Positions 32,401-44,420 of a stretch of DNA of 64,000 nt are shown here, piece by piece (the stretch's first letter is position 1; each line of letters starts with the position of its first letter). Source of the DNA: Lama guanicoe (Eukaryota); contig MU053482.1 of the NCBI GenBank assembly GCA_013239625.1, forward strand, positions 347,168 through 411,167. The letters are read 5' to 3'. A program made the translations under genes and the position numbers. The notes under the pieces are model-generated. The model saw only the letters and a list, made by a program, of their open reading frames with translations. It made no database searches and was not told the origin of the DNA.

Positions 32401-35400
32401 TTCTTCGGCTCTGGAAGCTCGTGCCTTCTGCCTCCAACACCCCTCCTTGATATTGTCTCCACTGACATCGTGGCTGCTTCTCCCCTTGCTGAAGTCTTTC
32501 TTCTGGTGCACTCTCTTCCATTATCCATACCTCCACTAACACACCCTCCTGCCATCATGCTCAGTGGCTCTGACATCTATAGGGTGACCCCCCCACCACT
32601 ATCAAGATTTTAGTACCTCAGCCTCCTCACCCCACTGTGAGCTCTTCCTTCACTTCACCTCAGCTGTCCACTCCCATGCTCCCGTGAGCACCACGCATGT
32701 CTCATCACCCGTCACTGCATCAACTCTGAAATCTGCACTTCAACCATTCCACTCCATTCCCCTGTAGCTTTCTTCCCAGCTTGCTGAACCTGGGGTTTTC
32801 CCTGTGAAACACCTTCCAAGTCAACAAGATCTCCTTCCTATATGTTGCGCATACTTGGCTTAGGATGGTTTCCTAACTGATTTCCTGTTTTCACTCTTGC
32901 ATCTCTGTAATCTGTTCTTCACACAGCAGCCAGAGTGAGCTTTAAAAAAATCTAATTTGTGTCACATTATTTCCTTGCTTAAAAAAAAAAAAAAGCTCCA
33001 GTGGTTTCCCACTGCATTTAGGAAAAAAAACCCAAACACTTTTTTTTTTTAACTAAAAACCCAAACACTCTTCCTCAAATCCCCAAACTCCCTCATGAAT
33101 TGTTCTGACTCTTTTGGACCTCACATCATCCCACTTTCCTCTCCACCCAGTCACGCTGGCTTCTCTTCTGGTCTCTGAACATGCCCTGCCTACTACTTCT
33201 TCAAGGCCTTTGCATGGAACAGTTCAAAGATGTTCCCATTGCCTAGAACAATCTGTACATCTGTTTCCTTCTCATCCTCAGGTCAAATGTCACCTCCTTG
33301 GGGAAGCCTTCCCTGATGACTCTACGTAGACTAGCCCCTGGCCCAACGACCCCCACTTACTCCGTTTATTTCCTGCAAAACACTTAACCCAAGCTGTGAC
33401 TCTCCTGTTTGGTTATTAGCTTGCCTACTGTCCATCACCGCCCACTGGAGCATAAGTCTTTGAGAGCAGGGACCAAGGGATAAATGAATGAGTAGTTAAG
33501 AGAGAAGGCTCTGCAGTCAAACCTGTATTCAAACCTTGACTATTTACTTGCTATGGAGCCTTAGAAATATTTCTTAATTACTTAATGACTCTGAACCCTA
33601 ATTTCCTCCTTTCTAAAATGGGGATAATAAAGTATCTGTTGTGAGGATTAAGTAAATCAATACGTGTAAATCACTTAGCCAGTCCCTGGCAAATAGTAAG
33701 CAATCAATACATGGTAGCTATCATTGTAATTTCTCAGGCACTGATTTTCTCCAGGAGTGCTCAGTGATCTGAGTGTAGGAAAAGGTGCAGAGACGTCCAA
33801 TTACGGCTCTGATCCAGGATCAAGCTTCTGCTGCGTGGGTTTAGAAAAGGACAAAGGTGTGCAGGAATTGTGGTGGCTTGTGGTCCGCCATAGGATCAGG
33901 GATGGGTAGGAAAGAAAGGGAGGCCAGGAGGGAGCTGGTGGCTGGGAGAAGAGGGAGCAGTCGAGGGTGCTGGATGTCTACATCCAGCCAAAGCTGGTGT
34001 AGTGAGAGTGGGGCAAGGGGGGCCAGGAGTGGGATACTGGAGTCTGTAACCATAGAAGAAGTGGTGTTATTCTGGGTGATGGCAAGATCCACACTGTCAC
34101 TGGTAGAGAGTCTGACAGGTGGCACAGAGGATGTCCCTGGAGAAACAGTCAAGAACTGAGAGGCATAAGTGGGTAGTGAAGTCACCAGGCTGATGAAAGA
34201 ACTTGGAATAGGCAGGAAGGCTGAAGCTGTTTCCAGATGAAGAGGAGAGAGCAGTAGGGCTGGAATCTGAGAGAGCAGGGCTGGAAGGGCAGCCGAGCCC
34301 ACTCTCTGTGAAGGGAGGAGGGCGTGGGAGGAGGCGATAGTGAAGAGACCCAGGGACCAGGACCCTCGAGACAGCAATGAGGGATGAGGGCTGCAGAGAG
34401 AATACTGTCAAAATACAGAAGTGATTATGCATAAAACCCTGCAAAGGCTTCACATGGCTCTCAGGGGAAGAGCCAAATGCCCCAACAGGTCTGCAAAGCC
34501 CCTTGCAGTCTGGCCTCCTCCACCCAGCTCTCCAGCTCCATCCCACACCACGCTCCACCACGCTTGCTCCCCTCCAGCCTCGAGGGTCGGGCTCCCTCCA
34601 GGACCTCTGACCAACACAGTCCCTCACACCACATGGCCCTTCCCTATGTTCTGCCTCCTGCCTGGAAGGCTCCTACTACTCCCTTCATTTAGTTAACGCC
34701 CAGCCAGCCTCTGGATCGCACCTCGGGGAAGCCTTCCCAGTTCTCTAACCTATAACAGATCCCAGCTAAGCTCTCATTGCTTATCACTTTCTCTGCAGCA
34801 CTCATTAAGGGTGCAATAGGACAGTTATCTGTAGTCTGGCTGTATGATGATTTGATGACTATCTTTCTGCTTCACTCTACTGTAAGCTCTTTAAGAGCAA
34901 GGATCATATCTAGTTTTGCTTACCACTGCCTGCCCAGTACCTGGGACAGGTCTGACACATCATAGTTGCTTGATAAATAAATATTTGTTGAATGAGTGAA
35001 TAACAGATAGAAGCCCAGAGGCTTCTTGCCTTTCACTCAGTGCTCAGGATGACAATGAAGCCTGGGGGACAGACCTAGCTTCGAACATCCTCCCACTGGT
35101 CCCAGACTTCTGGTGCCAAAGCTGGTTGAGGGTCTCAGCTCTGTCTGATTTCTCTGGTGGGGTTGAAGGCTGCCTTGTGGATGGGGAAGAGGCAGAGATG
35201 GCCCTGTTCTGGGCAGGGAGCATGGCCCAGTGTTAGGAACCTCTGGTCCTCTCACAGGCTCTTGCATCTAAAACTCACCTTCTGCAGGTTGGGGTTCATC
35301 TGCTCCCTTCCACATGTACACACAGTTCCCTCACCTCTTACAGGTTTACACACATCACTCCCTTCTCCAGGGGGCCTGCAAGGCCCTCATCCCTACCCAG

Positions 35401-35546
35401 TACACATGCCCTCACCTCTCACAGAAGGTGTGCAGGCAAGGCAGGACCTTGGGGCACCGGTATCGATCCAGGCAGATGCTGCACACCAGGAACTGCTTGT
35501 CCATCGGCTGGACCTCTGGACCAGGGCTGTCCTCCCTCTTCGCCAT
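20340..35546 (-). CDS. TRIM3: Tripartite motif protein 3 (RING-Bbox-coiled coil-filamin-NHL), 2235-nt CDS, 744 aa
   Basis: Coding exons 35416-35546, 29423-29654, 29046-29197, 28651-28831, 27628-28360, 27397-27500, 22478-22645, 22119-22287, 21799-21869, 20615-20755, 20340-20492 sum to 745 codons; starts [27 protein letters not shown], ends [10 protein letters not shown]. Confidence 0.98.
20615..20755 (-). CDS. TRIM3: TRIM3 coding exon 10 (NHL)
   Basis: [47 protein letters not shown]. Confidence 0.96.
21799..21869 (-). CDS. TRIM3: TRIM3 coding exon 9 (NHL)
   Basis: [24 protein letters not shown]. Confidence 0.96.
22119..22287 (-). CDS. TRIM3: TRIM3 coding exon 8 (NHL)
   Basis: [56 protein letters not shown]. 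Confidence 0.96.
22478..22645 (-). CDS. TRIM3: TRIM3 coding exon 7 (NHL)
   Basis: [56 protein letters not shown]. Confidence 0.96.
23147..23869 (+). mobile_element. Solo LTR, MER21-like
   Basis: tataataagaaatagatttgg...cctggcacagagctcct...gtgggatgtgacactatctccagg...gagaattgcttggtg...aaacaca. Confidence 0.8.
26455..26660 (-). mobile_element. MIR SINE
   Basis: caaccctatgaggta...attttacacatgag...gtaagtgacagagctaggattcaagcccagg. Confidence 0.7.
27318..27346. repeat. (CT)n microsatellite plus T run
   Basis: About 11 CT units read directly. Confidence 0.9.
27397..27500 (-). CDS. TRIM3: TRIM3 coding exon 6 (NHL)
   Basis: [35 protein letters not shown]. Confidence 0.96.
27628..28360 (-). CDS. TRIM3: TRIM3 coding exon 5 (coiled coil plus filamin repeat)
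   Basis: [11 protein letters not shown]...[12 protein letters not shown]...[10 protein letters not shown], 733 nt. Confidence 0.97.
28651..28831 (-). CDS. TRIM3: TRIM3 coding exon 4 (coiled coil)
   Basis: [38 protein letters not shown]...CGAKQK. Confidence 0.96.
29046..29197 (-). CDS. TRIM3: TRIM3 coding exon 3 (B-box)
   Basis: [38 protein letters not shown]. Confidence 0.96.
29423..29654 (-). CDS. TRIM3: TRIM3 coding exon 2
   Basis: [20 protein letters not shown]...[10 protein letters not shown]. Confidence 0.96.
30137..30365 (+). mobile_element. MIR SINE
   Basis: gattaaaggcatgggtcctggagctagaacgcctgggttc...tgtaaagtgctta. Confidence 0.7.
33490..33725 (+). mobile_element. MIR SINE
   Basis: tttcctcctttctaaaatggggataataa...gttgtgaggattaa core. 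Confidence 0.7.
35416..35546 (-). CDS. TRIM3: TRIM3 first coding exon (RING N-half); exon acceptor at 35580
   Basis: gcaccATGg Kozak; [22 protein letters not shown]; donor gtgagg. Confidence 0.96.
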
Positions 35547-36049
35547 GGTGCCCACGGATGCTCCTGCCATTCACACTGGCCTGTGTACGGAGAGATGGTC
35601 AGCTCCAGGGAAGCCAGTGCTCCCTCTCACCACCTGATCCCCACCACTCAAAACCCTGGCAGAGCACTAGCCTCGTTTCTCCCGCCAGGGAAGGAGCAGG
35701 GTGAGGCAGGTGGGCTGAGTGCCCCACTCCCACTCCAAGGATACAGCTCTGGATAAAAGCAAAGGGTTAGATTGGATTTCAAACCTAGCTCAGCCTCTTC
35801 CCAGCTGTGGGACCTTGGATAATTCATATACCTTCTCTGAGCCTCAATCTCCTAATCTGCAGTTATGGGAAAAGTAATCCTCACCTCAGATGGTTGTTTT
35901 GAGAATCTGCAACAGTGCGTGTCAAGTGCACGGTACCGGGGTGCCCACTTTCACTGACACACCCACCCTTCGCCTCCTCGCCTTCCCCTCAAACCCCCGC
36001 AGGAGACCTTCCTGACGGAGTGTGTCTCCTCTGACTACCAGCAGCCCTT

Positions 36050-39000
36050 CTGTCCGTGCTCTTACCCACCTCACAGCACACTGCCTGGTGTCCCCTTCTT
36101 TTCCACATCCATTCAGCATCCAGGACTTGTGGGTTCTGCCTCCCAAATATCTTATCCCCTTTTCTCCAACCGCACAGATATCACTCCCAGTTCAAGTTGT
36201 CACCAACTCCCTCCAGCAACACAGCAACAGCCTCCTAACTGGTGCCCTTGTCTCCTCGCCTGTGCCATCCCTCTTGTGGCGAGAATGAGGCTTCTAAAAC
36301 ACAGATTCCATCTTGTCACTAACTCCCTATTTAAATTCTTTCAATGTCCTCCATTGTCCAGAGGACAAAGTCCAAACTCCTTAAATTGGTCAACAAGGCT
36401 TAGCTTTGTCTGGCCCATACCTCCCTCTAAAACCTCATGTTTCATGATTCCGTGAGCAGTCACACTGGTTTCTTGTCAGTTCCTGGAAAACTCCTTGTTC
36501 TCTTTTGTTTCTGGGCCATCACATATTCTGTTCCCTCTGCCTGAGATCCTCTTCCAGACCTCCCTCCCACTTTGTCTGGTTGACTTCCACTTATCTTTCA
36601 GGTCTGCAGGTAAATGTCACTTCCTCCAGAAGGCCTTCCTTGATTTCCTGACATCTGGCTTAAGTGCTCCACCTCTGTATCATTCTGCACCCTGTATTTC
36701 CTCCATACCAAACCCTCATACACTATACTATAATCTTATTATTATTTCTTTGCTTCCTCCACTGTATGCAGAGTTCTTGAGGGTGGGCATTGTATTTTGT
36801 TTTTTCATTCCTAGCACTTAGCTCAGAGCCTGACATAAGAACTCGCTTATAGTTATTGAATTAAATTCAGTAATTCAACAAGTACTTATTAAGTGCCTGC
36901 TTTGTACAGGCACTGGGGATAGAGTTAGAAACGACAGATATGGTCACTGTTCTTGTGGTGGGGAGGTGGTGGCAGAAATTTTTAAAGTAAATAAACAAAT
37001 AAATACCTACGTACAAATTGGGGGAGGGCAGTGCTATATAGAAGAAAAAGATGCTATGAGAAAGAATTCTTTTTTGATTGAGTGATTGGGGAAGGTCTTT
37101 CCAAGCAGGAAACTTTTAGGCAGTACTTTGAGGAACAGAAGGAAAATGGTAGGGATGAGGGTGGGGGCATCAGGGAGTGAGGGAGGGAAATCATTGCTGG
37201 CTGAAGGAAGAGGATGAAGGAAGGTTCTTAGGCAGAAGGCTCACTGAGAACCTGTAAGGACCATATGGTTAGAGCGAAGGGAATAAAAGGCCAGAGGGGA
37301 GTTTGGACAGGCAGGGTGGAATGAGATCACAAAGGATCTTGATGTTAAGAATCTGGGTTTTATACCCAATTGGGAGGGAAATGATACAATTCACAAAAAA
37401 TAAAAATAAAAATAAAAAGCTACTCCGGCAACTATGAGGATTGAAGACGAGTTAGGGATGAAGCAGGGAGGCCACTGGGGAGGTTACCCCAGTTCTTCAG
37501 GTAGGATGATGTTGGGTATTGGCAGAGCCAAAAGCAAAAAGGTAGACTGATCTGAGAAACACTTATGAGGCTGAGTCAAAAGGACATCACGATGGACTGG
37601 ATGTGAGAGGGGAAAGGAACGGCAGTAAGGACTCCCAGGTTTCCCCCTTGAGCAGGTGGTGGGCTGTACCCAGAGACAGTGGAAGCTGAGCAGCTGCTTT
37701 GGGCCATTCCATTTTAGCCATGCTATGTCTGAGGTGCCTGTGTGATACCCAGGTAGAGATGTCAAGTAAGGAACAGAATACAGGAGCTCAAGAGACAGGT
37801 CTGGGCTGGTTATTGACTCGGAAGCACTGGCATAATAATGACACAGAAGGCAATGAGGATGGATGAGACGGCTGAGGGCCAGAGAGTGAAGAGTGAAGGA
37901 GAACCCAGAGGGATGAGAGGGAGACTGAGAGCGTGGGATCAAGGGAACCAGGGGAAGAGAGTGATTCAAGAAAGAAGGAGCAGTGAATTAAGGTGAAGAC
38001 TGGAGACTGTCCCCCAGATTTGGCTGTAGTGGAGTGGGAGGGACAGAAGCCAGGTTAGAGTGATGGAAGGATGAATGAAGATGAAGAAATTAACACAGCA
38101 GATACAGACAATTCAGGAGAGAAATCTGGCCATGAAGGGAGGCAGAAAGACAGTCAGATTACTTCAAAACAGGCAGTCAGTGGGAGCAGGTCAGCACTAT
38201 CTGTACCCAGCTAGACACACCATGGGCCTCTCTAAAGACAATGCATGAATGAAGGATGAATGAATGAATGGACACAGTGGGGCCAGCCCAGAGTCCTCTC
38301 CAGGTTTGGGGTGGGGCGGGAGAGGGGCTGGGCTGCATGTGCCTTAATGTTTATGTGAGGGTGGGCATGGGTAGGGTAGGAAGGGCATCTCCGAGCGCAT
38401 CCTCTCCTGATGTGGGCACTGGGATTCTGAGGGTCTTTCTCCAGATGTGACGGGTTCTGAGTCTGGAGACTTCATAGGAGGACAGCAACACAGCAGGAGG
38501 ACAGATTGAGGGTTGGTGAAAGGAACAGAAGGCCAGAGCCAAGCTGAAGCTTCTGTTTGGTGAAGGGGAGGGCTGGGAGGAAGAGTAGGAGTGGTCTACT
38601 GGGCCCTGCTGGGGCAGCTGGATGGCAGGCTCCGCCTCTCTCCAAGCCCAAGGGGCTCTCCCAGCCTGTTACCCAGGGGCGGGGATTGGGCTACATCCAA
38701 GCAGGGACAGCTCCTCCCTCCCTTCCCCTTCCTGCTTCAGTTCCCCACCCAGACGTGCTGGGCATGTAGCCGCTGAGGTCATACCCCGGCCTAACTTACT
38801 AAGATTCCCTTCCTCTCCTGGGCTTCGACTCCCACTTCTCCCATCCCACTGCTCCTTAGAGGTCCTATAGGCCTTGGTTTAACTGGACTGTTTATCACAG
38901 CAGACACTTGGAAGATCTTCAACTCAGAGCTGAGATTTCACTATCCTTCCTCAGGCTGCCAACTGGCACCCCTGCATCCCTTATCCCATCCATCTTTTAA

Positions 39001-40300
39001 ATGAAGGTCTAAAGACACCTCATTTCCTCATTCAGCATTCATTCAACACCTTTGCTGGGCCTGGGGATACAAAGACAAATAATTGCAGTTCAGCCTTCAT
39101 GGATTCCACAAGCTAACAAGTAGATTACAGCAGTGCCACACGGTGAGACCTCTGATGGGGAAACAGAGATTGCTCCAGGAGCACAGAGTCACCTAACCGA
39201 GATCTGGGATGGGGGAAGAGGGTACTGGAGGTGGGAGGTCAAGGGAGCTCTCCAGAGGAAAGGCCATTCAAGCCGAGAGCTCCAGGATGGGTAAGAGTTC
39301 CAGACAGCACGGTGCCTTCTGCATCAGGAGGCTGAATCAAACCCTGCAATAGGAGAGGGCTAAGAAAGGAGATGGAGCAGTGGGCGGGAGCTAGCTTGCA
39401 CAACACTTTGTGGGCCTTGTTAAGGAGTTTAGGACCTTGCCCTTCCCTGCTAGGGGATTAAGGGTTTACCCAAAGAGCAAAGGAAACCTCGATGTGGGGG
39501 GAGAGGGGGAGAGGGTTAAAGTATAGAGTGATAGACAGACAAGAATAAATTTTGACTGCAGTGTGGAGAATAGCTGAGAGGGGTCACCAGTAGAGAGTTA
39601 AGAGACTGCCATGATATTTGAGAGGAGAGATGGTGCAGACTTCATTAGGGGAGTAGCAAAGGAGAGAAGCAGATTTCATAGGGAGGAATCAGCAGAACTT
39701 GGTGATTGGCTGGTCAGAAGTGAAGAGCAGGGGAAGAAGAAAGAATGACAGATGATTCCCAGCTTTTTGGCTTGAAAATTCTGAAAGATGGGCAGGGGGA
39801 TATGTTCAGTGTTTAGTAAGGGGAATCCGAAGTGTCTATGGGACATTGGAGTGGAGAGGTCCAACTGGCAGTTGGAAAGATAGGCTGGAGCCAAGGAAAG
39901 AGGTCTAGCCTGGAGACATGGATTTGGGAGCTGTTGGTGTAGAGGTGGTGCCTGAAATCATGGATGTGGATGACATCACCCAGAAAGGGTATACAATAAG
40001 AAAGGAGAGCCTCTGACTGTTTACAGGAACCTCAACATTTAAGAGACAGGCCTAGGAAGCAAAGCCTGCGAAGAAACTGAAAAGGTGTGGCCAGAGAGGC
40101 AGGAGAATCAGAAGAGAGATACCATAAAAGCCAAAGGAGAAGAGAACTTCACAGATAAGAGAACAATCTTCATTGTGAAATTATGCAAAGAGTTTCCATG
40201 CTCTAAATCTCCAAAGAAGCTGTTATTAACTTAAGGGAGTGTGGTTTCCAAGGGCTGGAGGAGAGGAAGCCAGATCTAGGGGGCTGAAGAGAAAGTTGAT
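36050..40300. mobile_element. Cluster of L2 remnants in both orientations in TRIM3 intron 1 (unique island at about 38150-39000)
   Basis: aacagcctcctaactgg, aaatgtcacttcctccagaaggccttcc, attcaacaagtacttattaagtgcct motifs. Confidence 0.55.
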
Positions 40301-41023
40301 GAACAAATGAGGACAGCCTGCACTGATTCCACTGGCTCTTTGACATCTGCAAAGGATGTGTTTCAAGGCTTTTCAGTTTCCCCAAATTTTCAAACAGCAC
40401 CTAATATCCTCCATGACTTTCTCCTGCCACCTCATGAGAGTCCCAGGACACATGATTTACACAGTTGTGAGTAGAGCTAGGTGACCAAGACATTGTTAAA
40501 AAGTGGATGCAAGAGGCCAGTTAGGTTCACTTGCTTCTGAAAATGACTCACTCCTGTTCACTAGCCTCCCAATGCATTTGATTGTTTGAGGCCTCAGCAA
40601 AATGACAAATGACTGCAGGTTATAGTCTTGGGGTTTCTCTGAAACAGATGAAGCCTTGGAGGAGGTAAAGTCCTCAAAGCCAAGGAATCCTTTCAGTAAG
40701 ATTGGCAGGGAAGGAATGTGATAAAATCTGCAGTACCATCACCCCCTGGCCCCTACTGCCAGACTGAGTAGGTGAATGAAACATTTAATCAGCTGATCAA
40801 CCTATCAAACTTCCCTGGGCACTCTGGACAAGGCCCTTAAAGTGGTTACTGGAGACACAAGTTGAAACAGACACACTCCCTGTCCTTCACAAGTTCTCAG
40901 ATCAGTGTGGGAAACAGACATGGAAATATCTAACTGCAATGTCATAAACGGCATGATATCAACCTCTGGCAGCAAAGAGGAGGAAGTACCTAACTCTGAA
41001 GGTGGTGGAGGAGAATAAAGAAG

Positions 41024-41136
41024 GTGTGCTCAGTGGCAGAGCACATGCTTAGCATGCAGGAGGTCCTAGGTTCAATCCCCAGAACCTCCATTAAAAAAAA
41101 AAAAAGGAGGAGAAGGAGAAGAAGAAGAAGAAGAAG
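41024..41136 (+). mobile_element. tRNA-derived SINE, Vic-1-like, with A13 and (GAA)n tail
   Basis: GCTCAGTGGCAGAGCACATGCTTAGCATGCAGGAGGTCCTAGGTTCAATCCCCAGAACCTCC. Confidence 0.85.
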
Positions 41137-43379
41137 ACTTTCAGAGGAAGGGATATATGAATATATGAGCTGGCTCTTGGGGTAAAGATAGGAGTTTGAT
41201 CGGGAAAACAGTGAGTCAAGGAACAGAAGCATGAAAAATTAAGAAACACGGACCAGCTGGGCAAGGAGCAAGACTCAAAAGGGCAGAGGCTGTACTTAAT
41301 GCTATCACGACCCACTCGATGTGAGTTCTCCATTCGCCTCTCTGGCTGTTCCTTCACTGTCCATTCCTTATATGTCTAGTTCCTCAGGGCTTTGTTCCAG
41401 CGCCTCTTCTCCCCTCAACTTTTATACTATGCCTGGGAAATCTCACCATCTCCCATGGTTTCAGTTACCACGCACTTGCTAATGACTCCCAAAGCCTTAT
41501 CTCCTGTGCAGAAAACTTTCTTGAACCCAGACCTATATATCCAACTGTACCTTAGATATCCGTACATGGATTATTTCACACAGACTAGTCTAAAACTGAA
41601 TTCACTTCCCCCTAACCTACTCTTCCTGTTGCATCTCTCATCTCAGTAAAAGGCACCACCATCCACCTAGCCACACCAGCCAGAATCCTGGGAGTCTTCT
41701 CAATTCCTCCTTCTTTCATCTTTCAGGTATAAGCTATGACTATATCCTTGATTCTGCCCCTAAAATGTGTCTAAGTTAAAAGGTCTGGAGATCTAGGAGC
41801 TAGTCCTGACTCTAATTTCACTAATGCAAGGTAAGACTCTGGACAAGTTCCTACTCCAATCCTTTACTTGTAAATTGGGGGGAGGGGGTCTTTTTCTTCC
41901 CCAGATCTGAGATTCCCAAGGTTCTCTTTCCAGCCAAAGGTCCCTACAGATTGTAATATGTGCCCCTGATTACATCCAATCCAGTCCCACCTTGAGTATG
42001 TGATTACTGGTTTCCCCAGGAAGGCTAGGTGTGTTAGAGAGTGGTTGAACTTGCCCCCACCTCCCTTCTGAAATAAATATTTGCTGAGTTTAGGGCACCC
42101 ATGACACTCCCTCGGGGCACCCTCCACCCTAGCCATATGGTTTTGCTGTTTTTCTGAACACAGGCTGTACTATACCAACCATGGGCCTTTGCTCAAGCTC
42201 TTCTCTCAGCAAGAATGTCATTGTGCCCTAAGTGGCTGAGGCAGCACCTGGCACACAGAGGGTGCTCCGTATATATTGGTGACAGCAGAGCCATGTTTAA
42301 ATCACTGCAGTTCCCTCTCATCAGACAGAGAGGCAAAAGCAAAGGCAATAACAAGACAAGCGAACAAAGTTCCAAGGAACAAAACCTTTACTTAAAGAAG
42401 CTCTCCCATAGCAGCAGATAGTAAGTGCTCTGTCACTGGAGGCATGCAAGCCAAAAGAGGCAGGGCACCTGTCAGGCCTGCAGCTGATTCCAATTCTGCA
42501 GCAAACTAGAGCCCTGCTTAGGGGATGAATGGGCACTGATGAGCTGGACAGGCAGGTAGGGAGAAACCTGTGAAAAAGACCTCTGCACCTGCTCCAACCT
42601 CCCAGCTCTCATCCTCACTGGGGCCAGTCCTGGCTTTATGAATTCCACATCAGAGACCCCCACACCAGGAACAAGCCCAGGGCCCGACTTCAGTGGATTG
42701 ACTTCCCTGGGGTGCAGCCTGCCCCTCCAGCCTGCAACCATCTGTCCCTGCAGGTTTGCAGCCCAGGATCTGAAGCCAAGTCCAGAAGGGAGGAGGCCAG
42801 AACCAGGGAGGAGCCTGGGGTCCTCCAGGCGGGGCCCAGGCTGCAGGGGAAACAGAAGGGTCCTTTCCTACAAGAAACAGCCTCCGGATGAGGCTTCCTG
42901 TCCAGGGGGCAGTGCTAGAGGAGGAAAAGGTGTCCTCTATCCCAGCCGGCGGGCCTCTAGGTGCCTGAGGAGAATGGAGTGGGTAGCAAGGGGTGAAAGT
43001 GTCTGCACCAGGGAGAAAGGAACCCTTCAGACAAGCTGGGCCACAAGATTCCAGAGTCCCACTCAGAGACCCCACCCGCGCCCCCACCCTCCCCATCCTC
43101 GGCCGCAGCGTTCGACACCCTCCTCCAACAAACACAAGCTCCCAAACCCCGCGCTCCTCCAAGGAACCGTCACCCATCCACCCGCGCCTCCCCCCTCAAA
43201 CATGGACCTCACGTGAGCAGCCACAGCCCGAAGAATCCCCCCACTGCTCTCACGGACAGGGACACGCCTCACGTGGACAGAGACAGGCACAGCTCTTGAA
43301 AAGCATCTGTGCCCCCACCCACAGACACTCGGACAGACACACCGCTGCTCGGACCCAGACCGAGACCCAGGCAGACAGG

Positions 43380-43960
43380 GATACAAACGCACCCCTGGGG
43401 GCCGCCCGTCGCACTCACCGCGGCGAGGCAGGATGGAGGGCCAAAGCCCTGACTGCGGCCACTCCGAGGGGCCCGCGGCGCTGCCCCTGCTGCCAGCGCC
43501 CGTCCGCCCAGCCCTGCCCGCGGCGCCGCCCCACGTCCCGCGCCTCCGCCTGTCCCCGCGCCGGCGCCGCCGCCGGACCCGCCGCACAGGCCGGAGGGAG
43601 GGGCCGGGGCGGGGCTGGGGCCCAGCCTCGGGAGGGGGCAGCTCAAACCTCTGCGGTCGCGCTGGGGAGACCGTGAGCAGGATCCTGGATCCCGGATCCT
43701 CGATCCCCGACCCCTGCCCACTGCCTCTGGCTCCCAACGGCTCCAGGGAAGGGCAGCGTAGTAGGTATCAGGGACTGGGCTGAGGCTTGGTCAAGAAAAT
43801 CCCTGGGTAGCTGGGATTTCGGACTCCGGGAGCGGGTCCCGGCTGTCTCCCGGAGGTGCCTCTCCAGGCTTTCTTGAGGGGACTCCTAAGGAATATGCTA
43901 ATGTGGTCTCTCCTGAGCGGTGGCAGACGGATCGTCTGCGCCTCGTCACGGCTCTCTGGG
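43380..43960 (-). promoter_or_regulatory. TRIM3: TRIM3 CpG-island promoter and non-coding exon 1 (donor at 43419/43418)
   Basis: Dense CpG, GC box GGGGCGGGG 43606-43614, strong donor GCG|gtgagt on minus strand; exact TSS not determinable. Confidence 0.8.
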
Positions 43961-44204
43961 CGGCAGAAGGGTCCCAAGGTGGAAAGGCAGTACCCAGAGC
44001 TCTGGGAGAAGGGGCTGACTGGGTAGAAAGGTTGGGGGGGGGCTTGCCTTGGCTCGAGGGGCCTGGCTCTCCCTAAGCAGCCCCCTCGCGAGGAAATTAT
44101 GGTTCAGACCATCCAGCGACTCCCTTCCACACTTCAAAGACCAGAGCAATTCTCAGAATCATTGCATTGTGGAAAAGCAGCCCCGGTGGAAAATAATAAA
44201 AAGT

Positions 44205-44420
44205 ACAATAACAGTTAACAGGGACTGAGTGCTTATTATGTGCCAGACACATAACGAATCACTTTACATATATTATCTTCTTTAATACTCATAATCTTAA
44301 TAGGTAGTTTCTTTTATTAGCCGTGTTTTGCAACGGAAAGAACTGAGAGCCCTTGGCACCCCAGACATTAACCCTGATCACTCAGCTAGAAAGTGCTGGA
44401 ACCAGGGTTGAGCTCTGCTT
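44205..44420 (-). mobile_element. MIR SINE
   Basis: tgagtgcttattatgtgccagacac...tattatcttctttaat...aactgag. Confidence 0.65.

Noticed and set aside
33841..34627. Two roughly 177-aa minus ORFs
   Set aside because: Lie over purine/pyrimidine-skewed decayed L2-like sequence; S/L/P-rich translation without motifs
42638..43783. Several 150-227 aa ORFs on both strands
   Set aside because: Stop-codon depletion in the TRIM3 CpG island; no recognisable domain
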